DNA of 64,000 nt from a virus: positions 28,990-92,989 of the IMG/VR virus record IMGVR_UViG_3300017917_004266. One strand, given 5' to 3'. The translations under genes and the position numbers were made by a program. Under the pieces are notes generated by a model that ran no database searches, was not told the origin of the DNA, and worked only from the letters and a program-made list of their open reading frames with translations. Positions 1 through 11,404 of the stretch are shown here, one piece after another (the first letter of the stretch is position 1; every line of letters starts with the position of its first letter).

Positions 1-2
1 GT

Positions 3-1499
3 TTGACTGCTGGACTAGTATTATTTAATGATAGTACAATAAGTGGTTGGGGAAATACTGGAGCTTATTCAAATAGTGGAAATTATTTAACTGGAGTAAA
101 ACAAATAGGAGCAGGTGGAAACTTTTTAAATGCTTTATTGCAAAATGAAGTATTAACAGGCTGGGGGATAACTACAGGATTTTATCCAAAAATTGCTAGT
201 GGAGTCAAGCAATATAATAGTTCTCAATTTGGAACATATTATGAATATATAACTGGTCAAGAAATCAAAAATCTAGTCTCTGGTAACGCGCATTTTATAT
301 ACAACATAGAAGTAGAAAGACCAACTATAATAACAGAAATAACTACTGTTATCGTAAGCCAAATCTCTGGCTTTGAGAATCAAGTGCTATTTTCTGGAGT
401 AACTGGATATAATACTGGATGGTATAAAAATATTCCTCAATTTTGCGGGACAGGATTTCCAATGCATCTTGTATCTGGAATTATAGGAGTTATAACTGGA
501 AATGTATTAACTGGAATAGATATAACTACTTCATCATCTAGTTCTCAAAAAATAGTTTTAAATAATGAAACTTATCAAACTGGATTTTCTTCTGGAATTT
601 ATGATGCATCAAAGACTGGAAATTATATTTATGAATTTTCTTATATAAACAACGGATCTCAAGTTAATCTTTTTGATATCATTTATCTTGATTCTGGATT
701 TTATAGTTCTCAATCAAAAAATATTTTTAATCGAGCCAATGGATATATTGCAAATAAAACTACCAATTTAAATTATACAAAAAATTATACTTTGCAAAAA
801 AATCTAGATTATTTGAATTCTTTAGGAGTTGATTTGCTTTTACTTAATCAATTAATAGATAATAATGATATTTTAGAAATATATTTATTTAAAATTAATA
901 GTGGTTTAGATATTAATTTAAATAATTCATTATTATTAAGTAAAGCTTCTAAAAATTTTAGATTTGCAAATACTGGAGCAAATTACTCTGTAAATCTTAA
1001 TGGCATTGCACAAATTAGTGGTTTAGATTATTTACTTACTGGTACATTAGGGTCGCCAATAGCTTTATATGATATTTTTGATAATGTAGAAGGAGATTTC
1101 ATAAAAACTGGCGAAGCAATATTCACTTATACTGGTGAAACAGGAAGAAGTTTAAATAATAAAGATTTCTTATATTTGAATGGCCAAAAACTAATAAGTG
1201 GTTATCATTATAACTTTAATTCATCGAATATTAACTATAATACTGGAAATATACCTGTCACAGGTATAATTCATGCTTTCAATGTATTAATAGAGTATGA
1301 TAGATATACAGGTTCAATGTATACTTTTGATTTACCTAGATTTAGTAAAAATAGTGAATTAATATGGCTTAATGGAGTTAAATTAAAATCTGATAGTTAT
1401 TATGAAGTATCTGAAAATGATCAATTTTATAATCCAACTTTCTATGACAAAACAGATGTAATTATATATAATAATACGGATAATTATTTCAATGAGTAA
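3..1499 (+). CDS. Putative virion structural protein, 5'-truncated, with RCC1-like repeat remnant
   Basis: Open from window start; LVLFNDSTISGWG / ALLQNEVLTGWG repeats like those of 14078..17572; LNG-x-K-L motifs; TG/SG-rich. Confidence 0.55.
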   Translation: MTAGLVLFNDSTISGWGNTGAYSNSGNYLTGVKQIGAGGNFLNALLQNEVLTGWGITTGFYPKIASGVKQYNSSQFGTYYEYITGQEIKNLVSGNAHFIYNIEVERPTIITEITTVIVSQISGFENQVLFSGVTGYNTGWYKNIPQFCGTGFPMHLVSGIIGVITGNVLTGIDITTSSSSSQKIVLNNETYQTGFSSGIYDASKTGNYIYEFSYINNGSQVNLFDIIYLDSGFYSSQSKNIFNRANGYIANKTTNLNYTKNYTLQKNLDYLNSLGVDLLLLNQLIDNNDILEIYLFKINSGLDINLNNSLLLSKASKNFRFANTGANYSVNLNGIAQISGLDYLLTGTLGSPIALYDIFDNVEGDFIKTGEAIFTYTGETGRSLNNKDFLYLNGQKLISGYHYNFNSSNINYNTGNIPVTGIIHAFNVLIEYDRYTGSMYTFDLPRFSKNSELIWLNGVKLKSDSYYEVSENDQFYNPTFYDKTDVIIYNNTDNYFNE

Positions 1500-4400
1500 A
1501 ATTAAAGTAGAAGCTATAACATTAAACGGCTCTAATGAATATATGGGAGGAAAAATTTATTATTGTAATTTTTCTCCTAATTTTAGTGAAAAACCAACGG
1601 AATTACAAATTAATGTAATTAATGAAAATGGTAATTATCAAACTCCTACGATAAATTATAATTCTCCAGTTAAGGTTAAAATAGGTTCACTTGATCTTGG
1701 AGATATGTATCCTTATAAATATAAAAATAGATATTCTTCTCAAGGAAATATATTAGAAATATCATTAATTGATCCAAGTTTTGTGCTAGATAAAATTTTT
1801 ATTGGGCTAAATGGAAAACATGGATGGATAAATAAATTTGCTAAAAGTATGCAAGATATGTCTAAAAAAACATTTAGTGAATATTTAGATTCTATCAATT
1901 CTTCTTCTTCTTCTTCTTCGGCTTCTTCATCTTCAAACGATAAAGGGTCAGATGTATTTGAAAAATTAACAGATAATTTTTGGCTTATAGGTAGACAATT
2001 TCATCCATGTGATGAAAACAAAGACAATATTATAGATTTTGATGAAGCTTTTAATGTAGACCCATGTGATCCATGCCCATCTTGTCCAGAGGATAAATAT
2101 GAAAATCGTTGTCAAGAACTTGCTTATACTACAATATTTGAAATTGGATATTCATTTAAAGATCTTGCTTCTGCATTTCAAGCTTTTAAGCCAAGGCAAG
2201 GCAGTACAGAAATAAATATAGAAATACCAGCTGGAATATCTGGAAATAAAGATAAATATGAAAAATTTTATAGAGATTTTTTTGGACCTTTAAGAGAAGT
2301 TTTAACATCTTGGGCTAATGAATTTGGATTAAATTGGTTTTATGATATAAAAAATAAAACAGTTAGATTTATTGATATTTCAACAAAAGAGATTCAAGTT
2401 CCAGTTAATACTATTCTAAGTTACTATAAAAATGATAAATTAATTTCTTATGAACACGAAGTCTCTTCAGAAAAAACTGTTCAAAGAGGAGCAATTTCTT
2501 GGTATGAAAGAGGTGGTGAAAGAAAAAGTTTTGATTGTTCAAAAGCCACTACTACAATTCTTTCAGCTTTATATGGAGCAGATTATTTAGGAAATAGAGG
2601 AAGAACTCTTTTAAATGGTAAAGAAGTAAATTCAAATTGTGACGTTGTTGGGTCTATTTTAAGAGGTTATAATCCATTACTTAGAGATTTATTTTGGCTT
2701 AGAACGATGTATGGTATGAGATCATCAAAAGATATGATTCAATATATTTCAGATTTTAGTGTTACAGCAAACTCTAGTTCAAGTTCTTCTAGTGGTGATG
2801 AAGAAGAATATGTTCTTGCAAATAATAAAGTAATACCTGAATATGGTGATATGCAAATATTAGCAGTTATAGATTGTAACTTATCAAAATCAGAAAAAGA
2901 AAAAACAATATTTCAAAAGATAGCAAATCTTAATTATTCAGATCTTATTCTTCAAATGAATGAATTAGATGCAATTAAATTAGTAAATAATAGTGGATTT
3001 TTTGTTGTAGCATATATTGATGAAATTGCTCTTGAAAAAAGATATGAAATGGAAGACGAGCTTTTTGACTTTTTAGGAAAATTTTATGCTAGAGAAAATT
3101 TATTCAGATTATGTGGTTTAACTGGTAATGAAGAGTTTGTTAAAAATAATACAAATATAGAATCTGCAGATGGAAGTGCTCAAATTTATTCCAAAAGAGA
3201 TGGAATAGGAAGTCATCCATTAAGTAAGTATAAATTTTATAAAAGTGGATATCTTGGTTGTATAGTAAATGATGGAAATGTTTCAAAGATTAATCCTGCA
3301 ACACCAGGTAAAAAACTTCCATCAAGTACTCAAGGATTTGGATTAACATTAAGTAGAATAAATAATCAAGATGTTGTTAGCTCGTCAGATACTCCTCAAG
3401 ATTATGTAAATGCTGCGGGTGGTGCGGGATCATTATTTTCTAATAAAAAATCAAATGAAACTATACCAAGATTTGAACAAACAGCCATCATTTTAGATCG
3501 TGAACCAAAATGGGTACCAGAACCACAAACTTTTCAAGAAAACTTTAATCAAAAAATCTCTGATAAATATGGAGAATTAGAATGGAAATTATTTGGATCA
3601 AATGGCATTCCTCCAAATTCAACTTGGATGACATCTGCTTATGGTGGTAATACTGGATTTATTAAAGATGGAACTGCTGGAAAAATTAAAGTATTTATTG
3701 TACAAACTGGAGGTTTCAAAGTAACACCTAGTTCGCCACAACAATTTGAATCAACTGTAGAACATCCAACAGATAAAACTGCAAACCAAACAAAGAAAAT
3801 GCTAAGAAGAGTTGGCGGTAAATATTCTTCAGAAACAGCCATAGGTTTATTAAATAATAAATGTCATAAAATTACAATAGAAGATGGAAAAGAACTGCCA
3901 ATAATATATACTCCGCCACATACACTTGTGCCAAAAGCAACAAAAAATTTAATAGAAAAAGATGTACTAAAACAAACTGAAAGTAGAGGTGATAAAGCTA
4001 CTTCATGTGATACTGCACTAAAATCAGAAAAATTCAGAGTCCCAGCTTATAGGGTTTATGTATCTCAATCATTTAATCAAAGTGTTACATTACCCAAAAT
4101 TCAAACTGGCGTTTATACAGATATGTCTTGCGCGCAAGGCGTAAGAAGTCTAGATGTAGTTTATACAAAATTTACAAATGATGATTTTAAATCATTTACT
4201 GGTTCTAATGGATATGGTTGTATACCAAATATGAAATATCTTAATGATTTACATGTTGCTTATACAGGAAATGTATTTTCTAATATTGATCCAGATGATA
4301 GTCTAAGTTTAGAAATTAAAGGATTACCTAGAATATCAGATTATCAAAGTGAAATTTTAAATGGACTTGAAAATATAAGTATTCAAATTACTGACCAAGG

Positions 4401-4509
4401 TGTTAATACAAATTTACAGTATGGAACTAAATTAGTAAAAGGAATTTCTCCTGATTTATTAAAATTTCAAAACTCTAGAAGATTTGACAGACAAGCTAAA
4501 GGCGTATAA
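1492..4509 (+). CDS. Large virion protein, possibly tail/baseplate hub-like
   Basis: 1005 aa; GPLREVLTSWANEFGLNWFYD..VRFID resembles hub-protein segments; CDPCPSCP motif; two poly-Ser tracts. Confidence 0.4.
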   Translation: MSKIKVEAITLNGSNEYMGGKIYYCNFSPNFSEKPTELQINVINENGNYQTPTINYNSPVKVKIGSLDLGDMYPYKYKNRYSSQGNILEISLIDPSFVLDKIFIGLNGKHGWINKFAKSMQDMSKKTFSEYLDSINSSSSSSSASSSSNDKGSDVFEKLTDNFWLIGRQFHPCDENKDNIIDFDEAFNVDPCDPCPSCPEDKYENRCQELAYTTIFEIGYSFKDLASAFQAFKPRQGSTEINIEIPAGISGNKDKYEKFYRDFFGPLREVLTSWANEFGLNWFYDIKNKTVRFIDISTKEIQVPVNTILSYYKNDKLISYEHEVSSEKTVQRGAISWYERGGERKSFDCSKATTTILSALYGADYLGNRGRTLLNGKEVNSNCDVVGSILRGYNPLLRDLFWLRTMYGMRSSKDMIQYISDFSVTANSSSSSSSGDEEEYVLANNKVIPEYGDMQILAVIDCNLSKSEKEKTIFQKIANLNYSDLILQMNELDAIKLVNNSGFFVVAYIDEIALEKRYEMEDELFDFLGKFYARENLFRLCGLTGNEEFVKNNTNIESADGSAQIYSKRDGIGSHPLSKYKFYKSGYLGCIVNDGNVSKINPATPGKKLPSSTQGFGLTLSRINNQDVVSSSDTPQDYVNAAGGAGSLFSNKKSNETIPRFEQTAIILDREPKWVPEPQTFQENFNQKISDKYGELEWKLFGSNGIPPNSTWMTSAYGGNTGFIKDGTAGKIKVFIVQTGGFKVTPSSPQQFESTVEHPTDKTANQTKKMLRRVGGKYSSETAIGLLNNKCHKITIEDGKELPIIYTPPHTLVPKATKNLIEKDVLKQTESRGDKATSCDTALKSEKFRVPAYRVYVSQSFNQSVTLPKIQTGVYTDMSCAQGVRSLDVVYTKFTNDDFKSFTGSNGYGCIPNMKYLNDLHVAYTGNVFSNIDPDDSLSLEIKGLPRISDYQSEILNGLENISIQITDQGVNTNLQYGTKLVKGISPDLLKFQNSRRFDRQAKGV

Positions 4510-4511
4510 AA

Positions 4512-6608
4512 ATGATAACAAATAATTTTTTATATAGAAATTTTCTAAATCAAACTGGAGATTTTAATACTAGTTGGTTAATTTCTATTGATAATACAAC
4601 TGGATCTGGAAAATTTGGTATAAGTGGAACAGGAAATATTTATGGTTATACAATTAAAAGCGGAGAAATATATGATCCATATAATAATTTACTAGGGTCA
4701 TATACATCAAATAAATCTTTTTCATTAAAAAATGATATAATAAATTCTAAAGATACATTATACTATAATAATAACCCAAAATATTTTTTTAAAACTGGAA
4801 ATTTTTTTAATGGACATAATTATAATTACTTCTTCGTTGATCCTACTGGATTAAATTTAGATTTTGATTTTATTATCAAAGGGGAAGCCACAACCTTACA
4901 AATATCTGGATTAAATATAAGATCTAAAAATGATAATACAAATGAAATAATAAATTATGTAACTGGAAGAATTGTCAATAATAAACCAGAATTAAATGTT
5001 AAAATTTTTGATGGATTTATAAGTAGTAATCCACAGTTTACATTATCTGGATTACCATTATCATTTTATGATACTGGATATTTTTATATAATAACAGATT
5101 CTGGAACAACACAATTTAATAATAGAAATTTTACATTACCAATTACATTTAATACAAATTATGGACAAATATCTTTTGATTTTAATCTTATAAATCAATA
5201 TATACCATTGCAATTTTCTAGCCTTATAGTAACTCCAAGCGGGAGTGTAAATATTTTTGACAATCAAGTTTTAGCATTCAGTGTCCAATATGGAACTAAT
5301 AGTGGTTCATATTTAGATATAGAATTAAATTATATAAGTGGTTCTACTGGATTTTTTAGTGGAAATATACCTTCCACAGGATATGTTACAGATACAATTT
5401 CTGGTATTATAACTGGCTCTGGCTATCTAGAAAAAATATTAAATGCTCAAGTTCTTTTAACTGGATATAGCCCTTACAAAGAAATTAATGACTCTGGTTA
5501 TGTTACTGGTTTAAAAATAAATAAATTTATATATGCTACTGGAGATGTAAATTTAAATTATTCTATTTCTGGTACTGGCTTAGGAACTGGATACGTTTAT
5601 TTAACAATACCATCTAGCGGAGAAATAACTGTAACAGTTTCTGGCGCGGTTCCATATATCGGTGGAGGACCTTTATTTTATAAAACTGGTGGATTTATTT
5701 CAACTGGATCTAGTGTTGATATAAATAATAATCCTATAGAAATTACTGGATTTTCTAGTAATGTAACTAATTTTGTTACAGCTTTTTATACTGGAATAAT
5801 AACTGGAGTATATTTAACAACTGGTCAATATTCAAATAAACTATTTACTGGTCTTCATACTGGATCATTAGCTGGAAAAGAAGTTATTGGTAAACCATAT
5901 TATCAATTAGCTACTGGATTTGGAACAGGAATAAGTAAAACTGGAATTGTAGATGCAGATTTTTTTAGATTTTTTGAAGGAGGAAATTACTTCTTTACAA
6001 AAAATATAACTGGTATATCTGGTTTTTTTGCACTTAGTGATTCAAATAGAGTTATAACTGGTTTATCTGGAATATTAACTTGTAAACAAAGTTTAGAAAA
6101 TTTTAATTATTCTGGAGTATCAAAAATTACTGGAATAAATAATTTTAATATATATATTGATGAGTGTGATGAAGAAACTATAATGTTTTATTTCTTAGCT
6201 ACTGGCCGCGCTTCAGAAGGATTTAAATTATATACTTCTTTAGATAATAAAATTATAGAAGAAAAAAATATTCCTAAATTTATTATAGTCGCAACTACTG
6301 GAAATGAAACAGAATTAGCATATCTAGAGAATTTACAAAATTTAACTGGAAATTCTTATGGTACTGGAATAAGAACTAGGATATCTCATTTAGGAAATAC
6401 TATAAGTGGTAGTGGATATTTTAGTGGATTATTTTCGGAAGGTGCTTGCGAAAATAATGGAATATGGGAACATAATTTTGTAAATTATACAATTACTACA
6501 GGAAATTTTTATACAAATAATTATATTAATAAATTTTCAAGTAAGATATTATCTTCAGAAGAAAATATAATTGAAGATTTTAATTATATTAAATTTAATA
6601 TATTATGA
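4512..6608 (+). CDS. Thr-Gly/Ser-Gly-rich putative virion (tail/fibre) protein
   Basis: 698 aa, beta-rich composition, dozens of xTG/xSG motifs, tightly packed in structural operon. Confidence 0.5.
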   Translation: MITNNFLYRNFLNQTGDFNTSWLISIDNTTGSGKFGISGTGNIYGYTIKSGEIYDPYNNLLGSYTSNKSFSLKNDIINSKDTLYYNNNPKYFFKTGNFFNGHNYNYFFVDPTGLNLDFDFIIKGEATTLQISGLNIRSKNDNTNEIINYVTGRIVNNKPELNVKIFDGFISSNPQFTLSGLPLSFYDTGYFYIITDSGTTQFNNRNFTLPITFNTNYGQISFDFNLINQYIPLQFSSLIVTPSGSVNIFDNQVLAFSVQYGTNSGSYLDIELNYISGSTGFFSGNIPSTGYVTDTISGIITGSGYLEKILNAQVLLTGYSPYKEINDSGYVTGLKINKFIYATGDVNLNYSISGTGLGTGYVYLTIPSSGEITVTVSGAVPYIGGGPLFYKTGGFISTGSSVDINNNPIEITGFSSNVTNFVTAFYTGIITGVYLTTGQYSNKLFTGLHTGSLAGKEVIGKPYYQLATGFGTGISKTGIVDADFFRFFEGGNYFFTKNITGISGFFALSDSNRVITGLSGILTCKQSLENFNYSGVSKITGINNFNIYIDECDEETIMFYFLATGRASEGFKLYTSLDNKIIEEKNIPKFIIVATTGNETELAYLENLQNLTGNSYGTGIRTRISHLGNTISGSGYFSGLFSEGACENNGIWEHNFVNYTITTGNFYTNNYINKFSSKILSSEENIIEDFNYIKFNIL

Positions 6609-6614
6609 TTAGGT

Positions 6615-6643
6615 AGTGTAAAATATATAAAGGAAAAAGGAAA
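6615..6643 (+). promoter_or_regulatory. AGTGTAA motif plus AAGG-N3-AAGG leader
   Basis: AGTGTAA..AAGGAAAAAGGAAAATG. Confidence 0.65.
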
Positions 6644-9403
6644 ATGGAATTACCAATATATTTTAATCAAAGGTTTTCTAGGGGCGCAGGGACAAGTGAA
6701 CAATTTGGTTATAGCACATCAATAAATGATGCTGGAAATATTATATCAGTTGGAACATATGGAGGTTCTGGAGTTTACGTATATAAAAGTGGACAAAATG
6801 GATCTTGGTATTTAGTAGATAAACTTACTGGTCAAAAAAGTTCAGATTTAGAAATAGGAAAATTTGGATATGATTTAAAATTAAATGGTTTAGGAAATAT
6901 TCTTGCTGTTAGTGCTCCTTTTCGTGATGGTGAAGATTTTTCACCTTATAATGGTAGAGTATTTATTTATACTGGTATAAATAATAGTTGGATTTTAAAT
7001 GATCAATTAAATGGTATTCCTGGATTTGCTCAATATTTTGGTCACAGTTTAGATGTAAATTATTTAGGAGATACAATTGCAGTTAGTTCGCGCGGACAAG
7101 GAGTATCTGGACAAGTATATATTTATACAAATTATGAAGATAATTGGCAATTAAGTCGTATTTTAACTGGTAAAAGTAATTCATTTAGTTATCCAAATAG
7201 CGTATCTTTAAATAAGTCTGGAAATTTAATTGCTTTTGGTTCAGCATACGAAAATCAAAATTCTGGAAAAGTTTATATATTAGATTGGAAAATACCATAT
7301 CAAATTAATTTAAATAATTTTGAATTAACTGATAATTCAGAAGATATAAATGGAATATATACATATCAAAGTATTGTGCCCTTTTCATATGCGGCTACAT
7401 CTGGATATAAACATAATTCTTTGGATAGTTGGATTTATTTTTCTCCAACTAATAATAGATGGGAATTAGAAGCTAATGATTCTCCTGAATTTTATAATGA
7501 TAGTTCAGATATAAATATTTTACCTTTTACTGGATGGAAAATTGGACTTGCACAAGGGGCACCAGATGAATTAACTACTGGAATTATAAATTATATACCA
7601 AAACAAATTACTGGAGGTAATACTGCAAGATTATTTGGTATAAACTTAGATCTCAATAATGATGGAGATAAAATCTTAATTGGATCTTGGTATTCTGATC
7701 TAGGTTCTGGAGCAGCATATTTATTTACAGGAAATAATTCAAATTGGATACTTTCTAAAAAATTTACAGGAGATAATAATGATAATAATTTATATTCAGA
7801 TCAAAGATTTGGATATAAAGTAGATTTGAATGGAGATGGAAATATAGCTTTAATTAGCGAAAGTAAAGATTTTAATGGAAATGGTCCTTCTGCTGGAGCA
7901 GTATATGTTTTTAGTAATAATGGTACTTGGGGACTTAATAAAAAAATAACTGGAGATTATGATATTGATTTTGGTGATAATTTTGGTTTTAGTTTTGCAT
8001 TAAATGATTCTGGAAATATTGCAATTATAGGATCAATTGGTGATGGAAATAATTATAAAGGTGCAGCATATTTATATTCAAATGCAAATATTCAATATTC
8101 TAATTTTGCTGGCGAAACAGAAGTAATTTATAATGCAACACCAATAGAATTAAAATGCGATATAATAACAGGAAATTTTTCAATAAATCTAGATGGTCAA
8201 GATAATTTTACTCCACTTTATAATACAAAACATAAATTTATTATTTATAAAAGTGGTATCAATTATACGACTGGATATTTACCTATATATGAGAGTGAAT
8301 ATTCAAATTACAATAATCAAAATATAATTAAATATTCGGGAAGCTTTGACAAAGGTAATTATCAAATTAAAATAAAAAGCATTTATAATGATACAAATAT
8401 TTCATTTCCTAATTTATGTAATAATGGTATACAGGTTGCAAATATTATAGATGTAAGTTATAGTAATAAATCTGGATTAGCTTTATTTAAAAATTGTTCT
8501 TCTACTTTATATAAAGATTTCTTAAACAATAATTCTAATTTAAATGAAGTTGCGAACATATATATAACTGACCGTTTAGATATAACTGGTTTTGATTTTA
8601 TTAATGATTATAAAACTTATGTTGATTATATAAAAACTTTGGAACCCGTAGAAAAAGAAAAAGAGGGTATTTCATTAAATAGTGGAATTGATCATGCGGT
8701 ATCTAGGCTTAATTGGAAAAATAAAATAAAAATAATAAATATAGTAACAAATAATATTCCATACATTGAATCTGATGCAGATGATTGCGAAGTAGCATTG
8801 AATAATGATTATTTCACAAACCCAATAGAAATAAAATATTCTGATCTTTTAAATAAAATGATAAGTTATTCAAATACTCAAAATATTTCATTTAATTTTA
8901 TATATTTAGATAAAGAATTAAATCTTAATTTAGATAAGAAAAATTGTTTATATGATGAAAAAGATATAAAAATTTTATATGAAAAAGCTGCTCAATTAGG
9001 AAAAGGTTCATTTGGAAATAATAATTTATCTCAAGTTATAAATTCACAATTAAATTTATCAAATAATTTAAAAAGAATGAGATTTTGCGAAAGTTCATCT
9101 AGTTCTAGTTCTAGTGCCATAGATCAAATATTTTTAGAATATACATATGGAATAAATTCTCCGCAAGTTATGCCATTAAATGCTTATGGAGGTAAATATA
9201 CTGGTTTAAAAAACGATATAATAATAAGTGGGGCAACTGCTCCTATTTTAGTAGATATAGTATATAGAAAAATTTCTGGTGAGAATATTGGTATATATGA
9301 TGGAGTTTATACAAATTTAACTGGTAATTGGCAGATAGAGTATTTTGTTTCTGATGCAGATCAAAAATTTGCTACAAAAGATAGAAAGGTTTATATTATA
9401 TAA
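6644..9403 (+). CDS. FG-GAP repeat beta-propeller protein with C-terminal vWA-like domain
   Basis: Repeats FGYSTSIN..G, FGYDLKLN..SAP, FGHSLDVN, GAAYLF, GAVYVF; IIDVSYS (MIDAS DxSxS) and LNWKNKIKIINIVTNNIP. Confidence 0.75.
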   Translation: MELPIYFNQRFSRGAGTSEQFGYSTSINDAGNIISVGTYGGSGVYVYKSGQNGSWYLVDKLTGQKSSDLEIGKFGYDLKLNGLGNILAVSAPFRDGEDFSPYNGRVFIYTGINNSWILNDQLNGIPGFAQYFGHSLDVNYLGDTIAVSSRGQGVSGQVYIYTNYEDNWQLSRILTGKSNSFSYPNSVSLNKSGNLIAFGSAYENQNSGKVYILDWKIPYQINLNNFELTDNSEDINGIYTYQSIVPFSYAATSGYKHNSLDSWIYFSPTNNRWELEANDSPEFYNDSSDINILPFTGWKIGLAQGAPDELTTGIINYIPKQITGGNTARLFGINLDLNNDGDKILIGSWYSDLGSGAAYLFTGNNSNWILSKKFTGDNNDNNLYSDQRFGYKVDLNGDGNIALISESKDFNGNGPSAGAVYVFSNNGTWGLNKKITGDYDIDFGDNFGFSFALNDSGNIAIIGSIGDGNNYKGAAYLYSNANIQYSNFAGETEVIYNATPIELKCDIITGNFSINLDGQDNFTPLYNTKHKFIIYKSGINYTTGYLPIYESEYSNYNNQNIIKYSGSFDKGNYQIKIKSIYNDTNISFPNLCNNGIQVANIIDVSYSNKSGLALFKNCSSTLYKDFLNNNSNLNEVANIYITDRLDITGFDFINDYKTYVDYIKTLEPVEKEKEGISLNSGIDHAVSRLNWKNKIKIINIVTNNIPYIESDADDCEVALNNDYFTNPIEIKYSDLLNKMISYSNTQNISFNFIYLDKELNLNLDKKNCLYDEKDIKILYEKAAQLGKGSFGNNNLSQVINSQLNLSNNLKRMRFCESSSSSSSSAIDQIFLEYTYGINSPQVMPLNAYGGKYTGLKNDIIISGATAPILVDIVYRKISGENIGIYDGVYTNLTGNWQIEYFVSDADQKFATKDRKVYII

Positions 9404-9405
9404 TT

Positions 9406-10914
9406 ATGAAAATAAATACAATTCCATTTCCACGAGAAGAGATGTTCGGCGGTAATAATTTCGGTCAAGGAATTGCTATCAACAGTGGAGATTTGTGTTT
9501 AGTTGGAGCTCCTGGATATTATGATGGTGGTGGAGTTTTTATTTATCGTAAATACGATTCAGAATGGGGATGGAATAAAATTCAAGATATATATTCTGAT
9601 AACCCAAATTATGGTGATTTTTTTGGATATTCTGTTTCTATAAATGATAAAGGAGATGTCATAGCAATTGGTGCCCCAAATGCATCTTTAGGAGATGGCG
9701 AAGTTCATATCTATACTGGAAATAAATCTAAATGGAATAATGTTTGTAAAATAAGCGGTAATCTTTCTGGCAATGAGCATTTTGGTTTTGATTTAAAATT
9801 AAATTTAAGTGGAAATAGATTAATAGTTGGTACAATATCATCATCAAATACTGGCAAAGCTTATTTATATTCTGGTAGCGGAAATAATTGGAATTTAATA
9901 ACTGGTTTTTACGAAGTAGATGGTTATAATAATTCTGCAACCGCATATGGCAATAAAGTCTCAATTAGTAATAATGCAGTTGTTATTGGTTCAAAACTTA
10001 ACTCTAATAAAGGCGCTGTATTTATTTATACAGGAAATAATAATATTTGGAAAAAACATCAAATAATTTCTGGTTTAAATTCTGATTCTTTTTTTGGTGA
10101 TAATTTATATATTAATAATACTGGAAGTTGTATATTAATTAGTGCTCCAAATGATATATCTAATTCTGGCGTAGTATATTTGTATGAAAAAATAGGAAAT
10201 TATTGGCAGAATACATATTCTATAACAGGCGAATGGAAAGATACTGGTGAATTACCTCATCTTGGCCGATCTTTATATATAAATGAAAGCGGTAATTTTA
10301 TATTTACTTCCGATGATACAAATTATGGTACAATTTATAATTATAAAAAAGACACAAATTGGTATAAAAATTTAGTTATTAAAAATCAAAAAACATTTAA
10401 TGGAGATAAATTTGGGGGAAATTTTACTGTTACTAAAGATTCTAGCAAACTTTTGATAGGTGTTCCTAATTTTATATATACTCAAGGTCAAGCTTATATA
10501 TATTCCGAGCCTTGGAGCAATTTTAAAGAATATTATGGAGTAAATCAAATTGAAACAGAATCTAATTGTATTTGTAATCAATTATTAAATTGTGGCAATT
10601 GTTGTGGTGTTACTCCTTCATTTACTATAAATACAGGATATTTTAATAATTTAAATCAATTTGCAATAAATATAAATATTTTAATAAAAAATAATAATTG
10701 TAATTCAATTCTAGACACATATAATTTATATTCTAATGGTAATAAAATATATACAGATATATATCAAACTGGACCTTTTCAACAATATAATAAAATATTA
10801 GATTTAAAAAATATTAGTTTTCTCAACAATAATTTAATAAATTTAGAATTAAAAGTTTATAATTTAGGTAATATTTATCTATACGAAACTGGTATTAATA
10901 TTAACAATTATTAA
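9406..10914 (+). CDS. FG-GAP repeat beta-propeller protein
   Basis: FGQGIAI..VGAPG, FGYSVSIND..IGAPN, FGFDLKLN, GAVFIY, GVVYLY; CICNQLLNCGNCC motif. Confidence 0.75.
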   Translation: MKINTIPFPREEMFGGNNFGQGIAINSGDLCLVGAPGYYDGGGVFIYRKYDSEWGWNKIQDIYSDNPNYGDFFGYSVSINDKGDVIAIGAPNASLGDGEVHIYTGNKSKWNNVCKISGNLSGNEHFGFDLKLNLSGNRLIVGTISSSNTGKAYLYSGSGNNWNLITGFYEVDGYNNSATAYGNKVSISNNAVVIGSKLNSNKGAVFIYTGNNNIWKKHQIISGLNSDSFFGDNLYINNTGSCILISAPNDISNSGVVYLYEKIGNYWQNTYSITGEWKDTGELPHLGRSLYINESGNFIFTSDDTNYGTIYNYKKDTNWYKNLVIKNQKTFNGDKFGGNFTVTKDSSKLLIGVPNFIYTQGQAYIYSEPWSNFKEYYGVNQIETESNCICNQLLNCGNCCGVTPSFTINTGYFNNLNQFAININILIKNNNCNSILDTYNLYSNGNKIYTDIYQTGPFQQYNKILDLKNISFLNNNLINLELKVYNLGNIYLYETGININNY

Positions 10915-10919
10915 TAATT

Positions 10920-10947
10920 TAGACTTTTTTCATATATATGATATAAT
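10920..10947 (+). promoter_or_regulatory. Sigma70-like promoter (extended -10)
   Basis: TAGACT-16-TATAAT with TGn; ATG 7 nt downstream. Confidence 0.6.
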
Positions 10948-10954
10948 TTAATAT

Positions 10955-11389
10955 ATGGAAAATAATACAATCTTTCATCAATATTTTACACAAGTAGTAT
11001 TTTGGCTTATAACAAATGATATAATATTTACAAAAGCTTTCAAAGAGTTCGCTCCACAAGTAGCAGACAAAATAGAAACTTTTTCTAAAAACCCAAATTG
11101 TTCTTGTCGTGGAGCAATAGGAGATTATATTAATTCAAGTGAAAGTAATTATAGCAATACAAAAAGATTTGTATTAGATTTTCTTCAAAAAAATCCTCAA
11201 GTTAAAATAGATTTAGAAAAAATAGAAAAAGATAATAAAACTGTTGATGCAAGAGGCCAAGTTTTTAGAATAGCTAAAAATGACAAAGCATTTCAAGATT
11301 TTTATAGATATATGATTGAAAATAGATTTCAATATCGCCATTTTTCTATTGTACCAGATGGCGAAAGTTGGGTTATATTTTTCCTTTAA
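10955..11389 (+). CDS. Hypothetical protein (NPNCSC motif)
   Basis: 144 aa ORF with its own sigma70-like promoter; lacks the TG bias of its neighbours. Confidence 0.6.
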   Translation: MENNTIFHQYFTQVVFWLITNDIIFTKAFKEFAPQVADKIETFSKNPNCSCRGAIGDYINSSESNYSNTKRFVLDFLQKNPQVKIDLEKIEKDNKTVDARGQVFRIAKNDKAFQDFYRYMIENRFQYRHFSIVPDGESWVIFFL

Positions 11390-11404
11390 AACTAATATTA
11401 ATTT

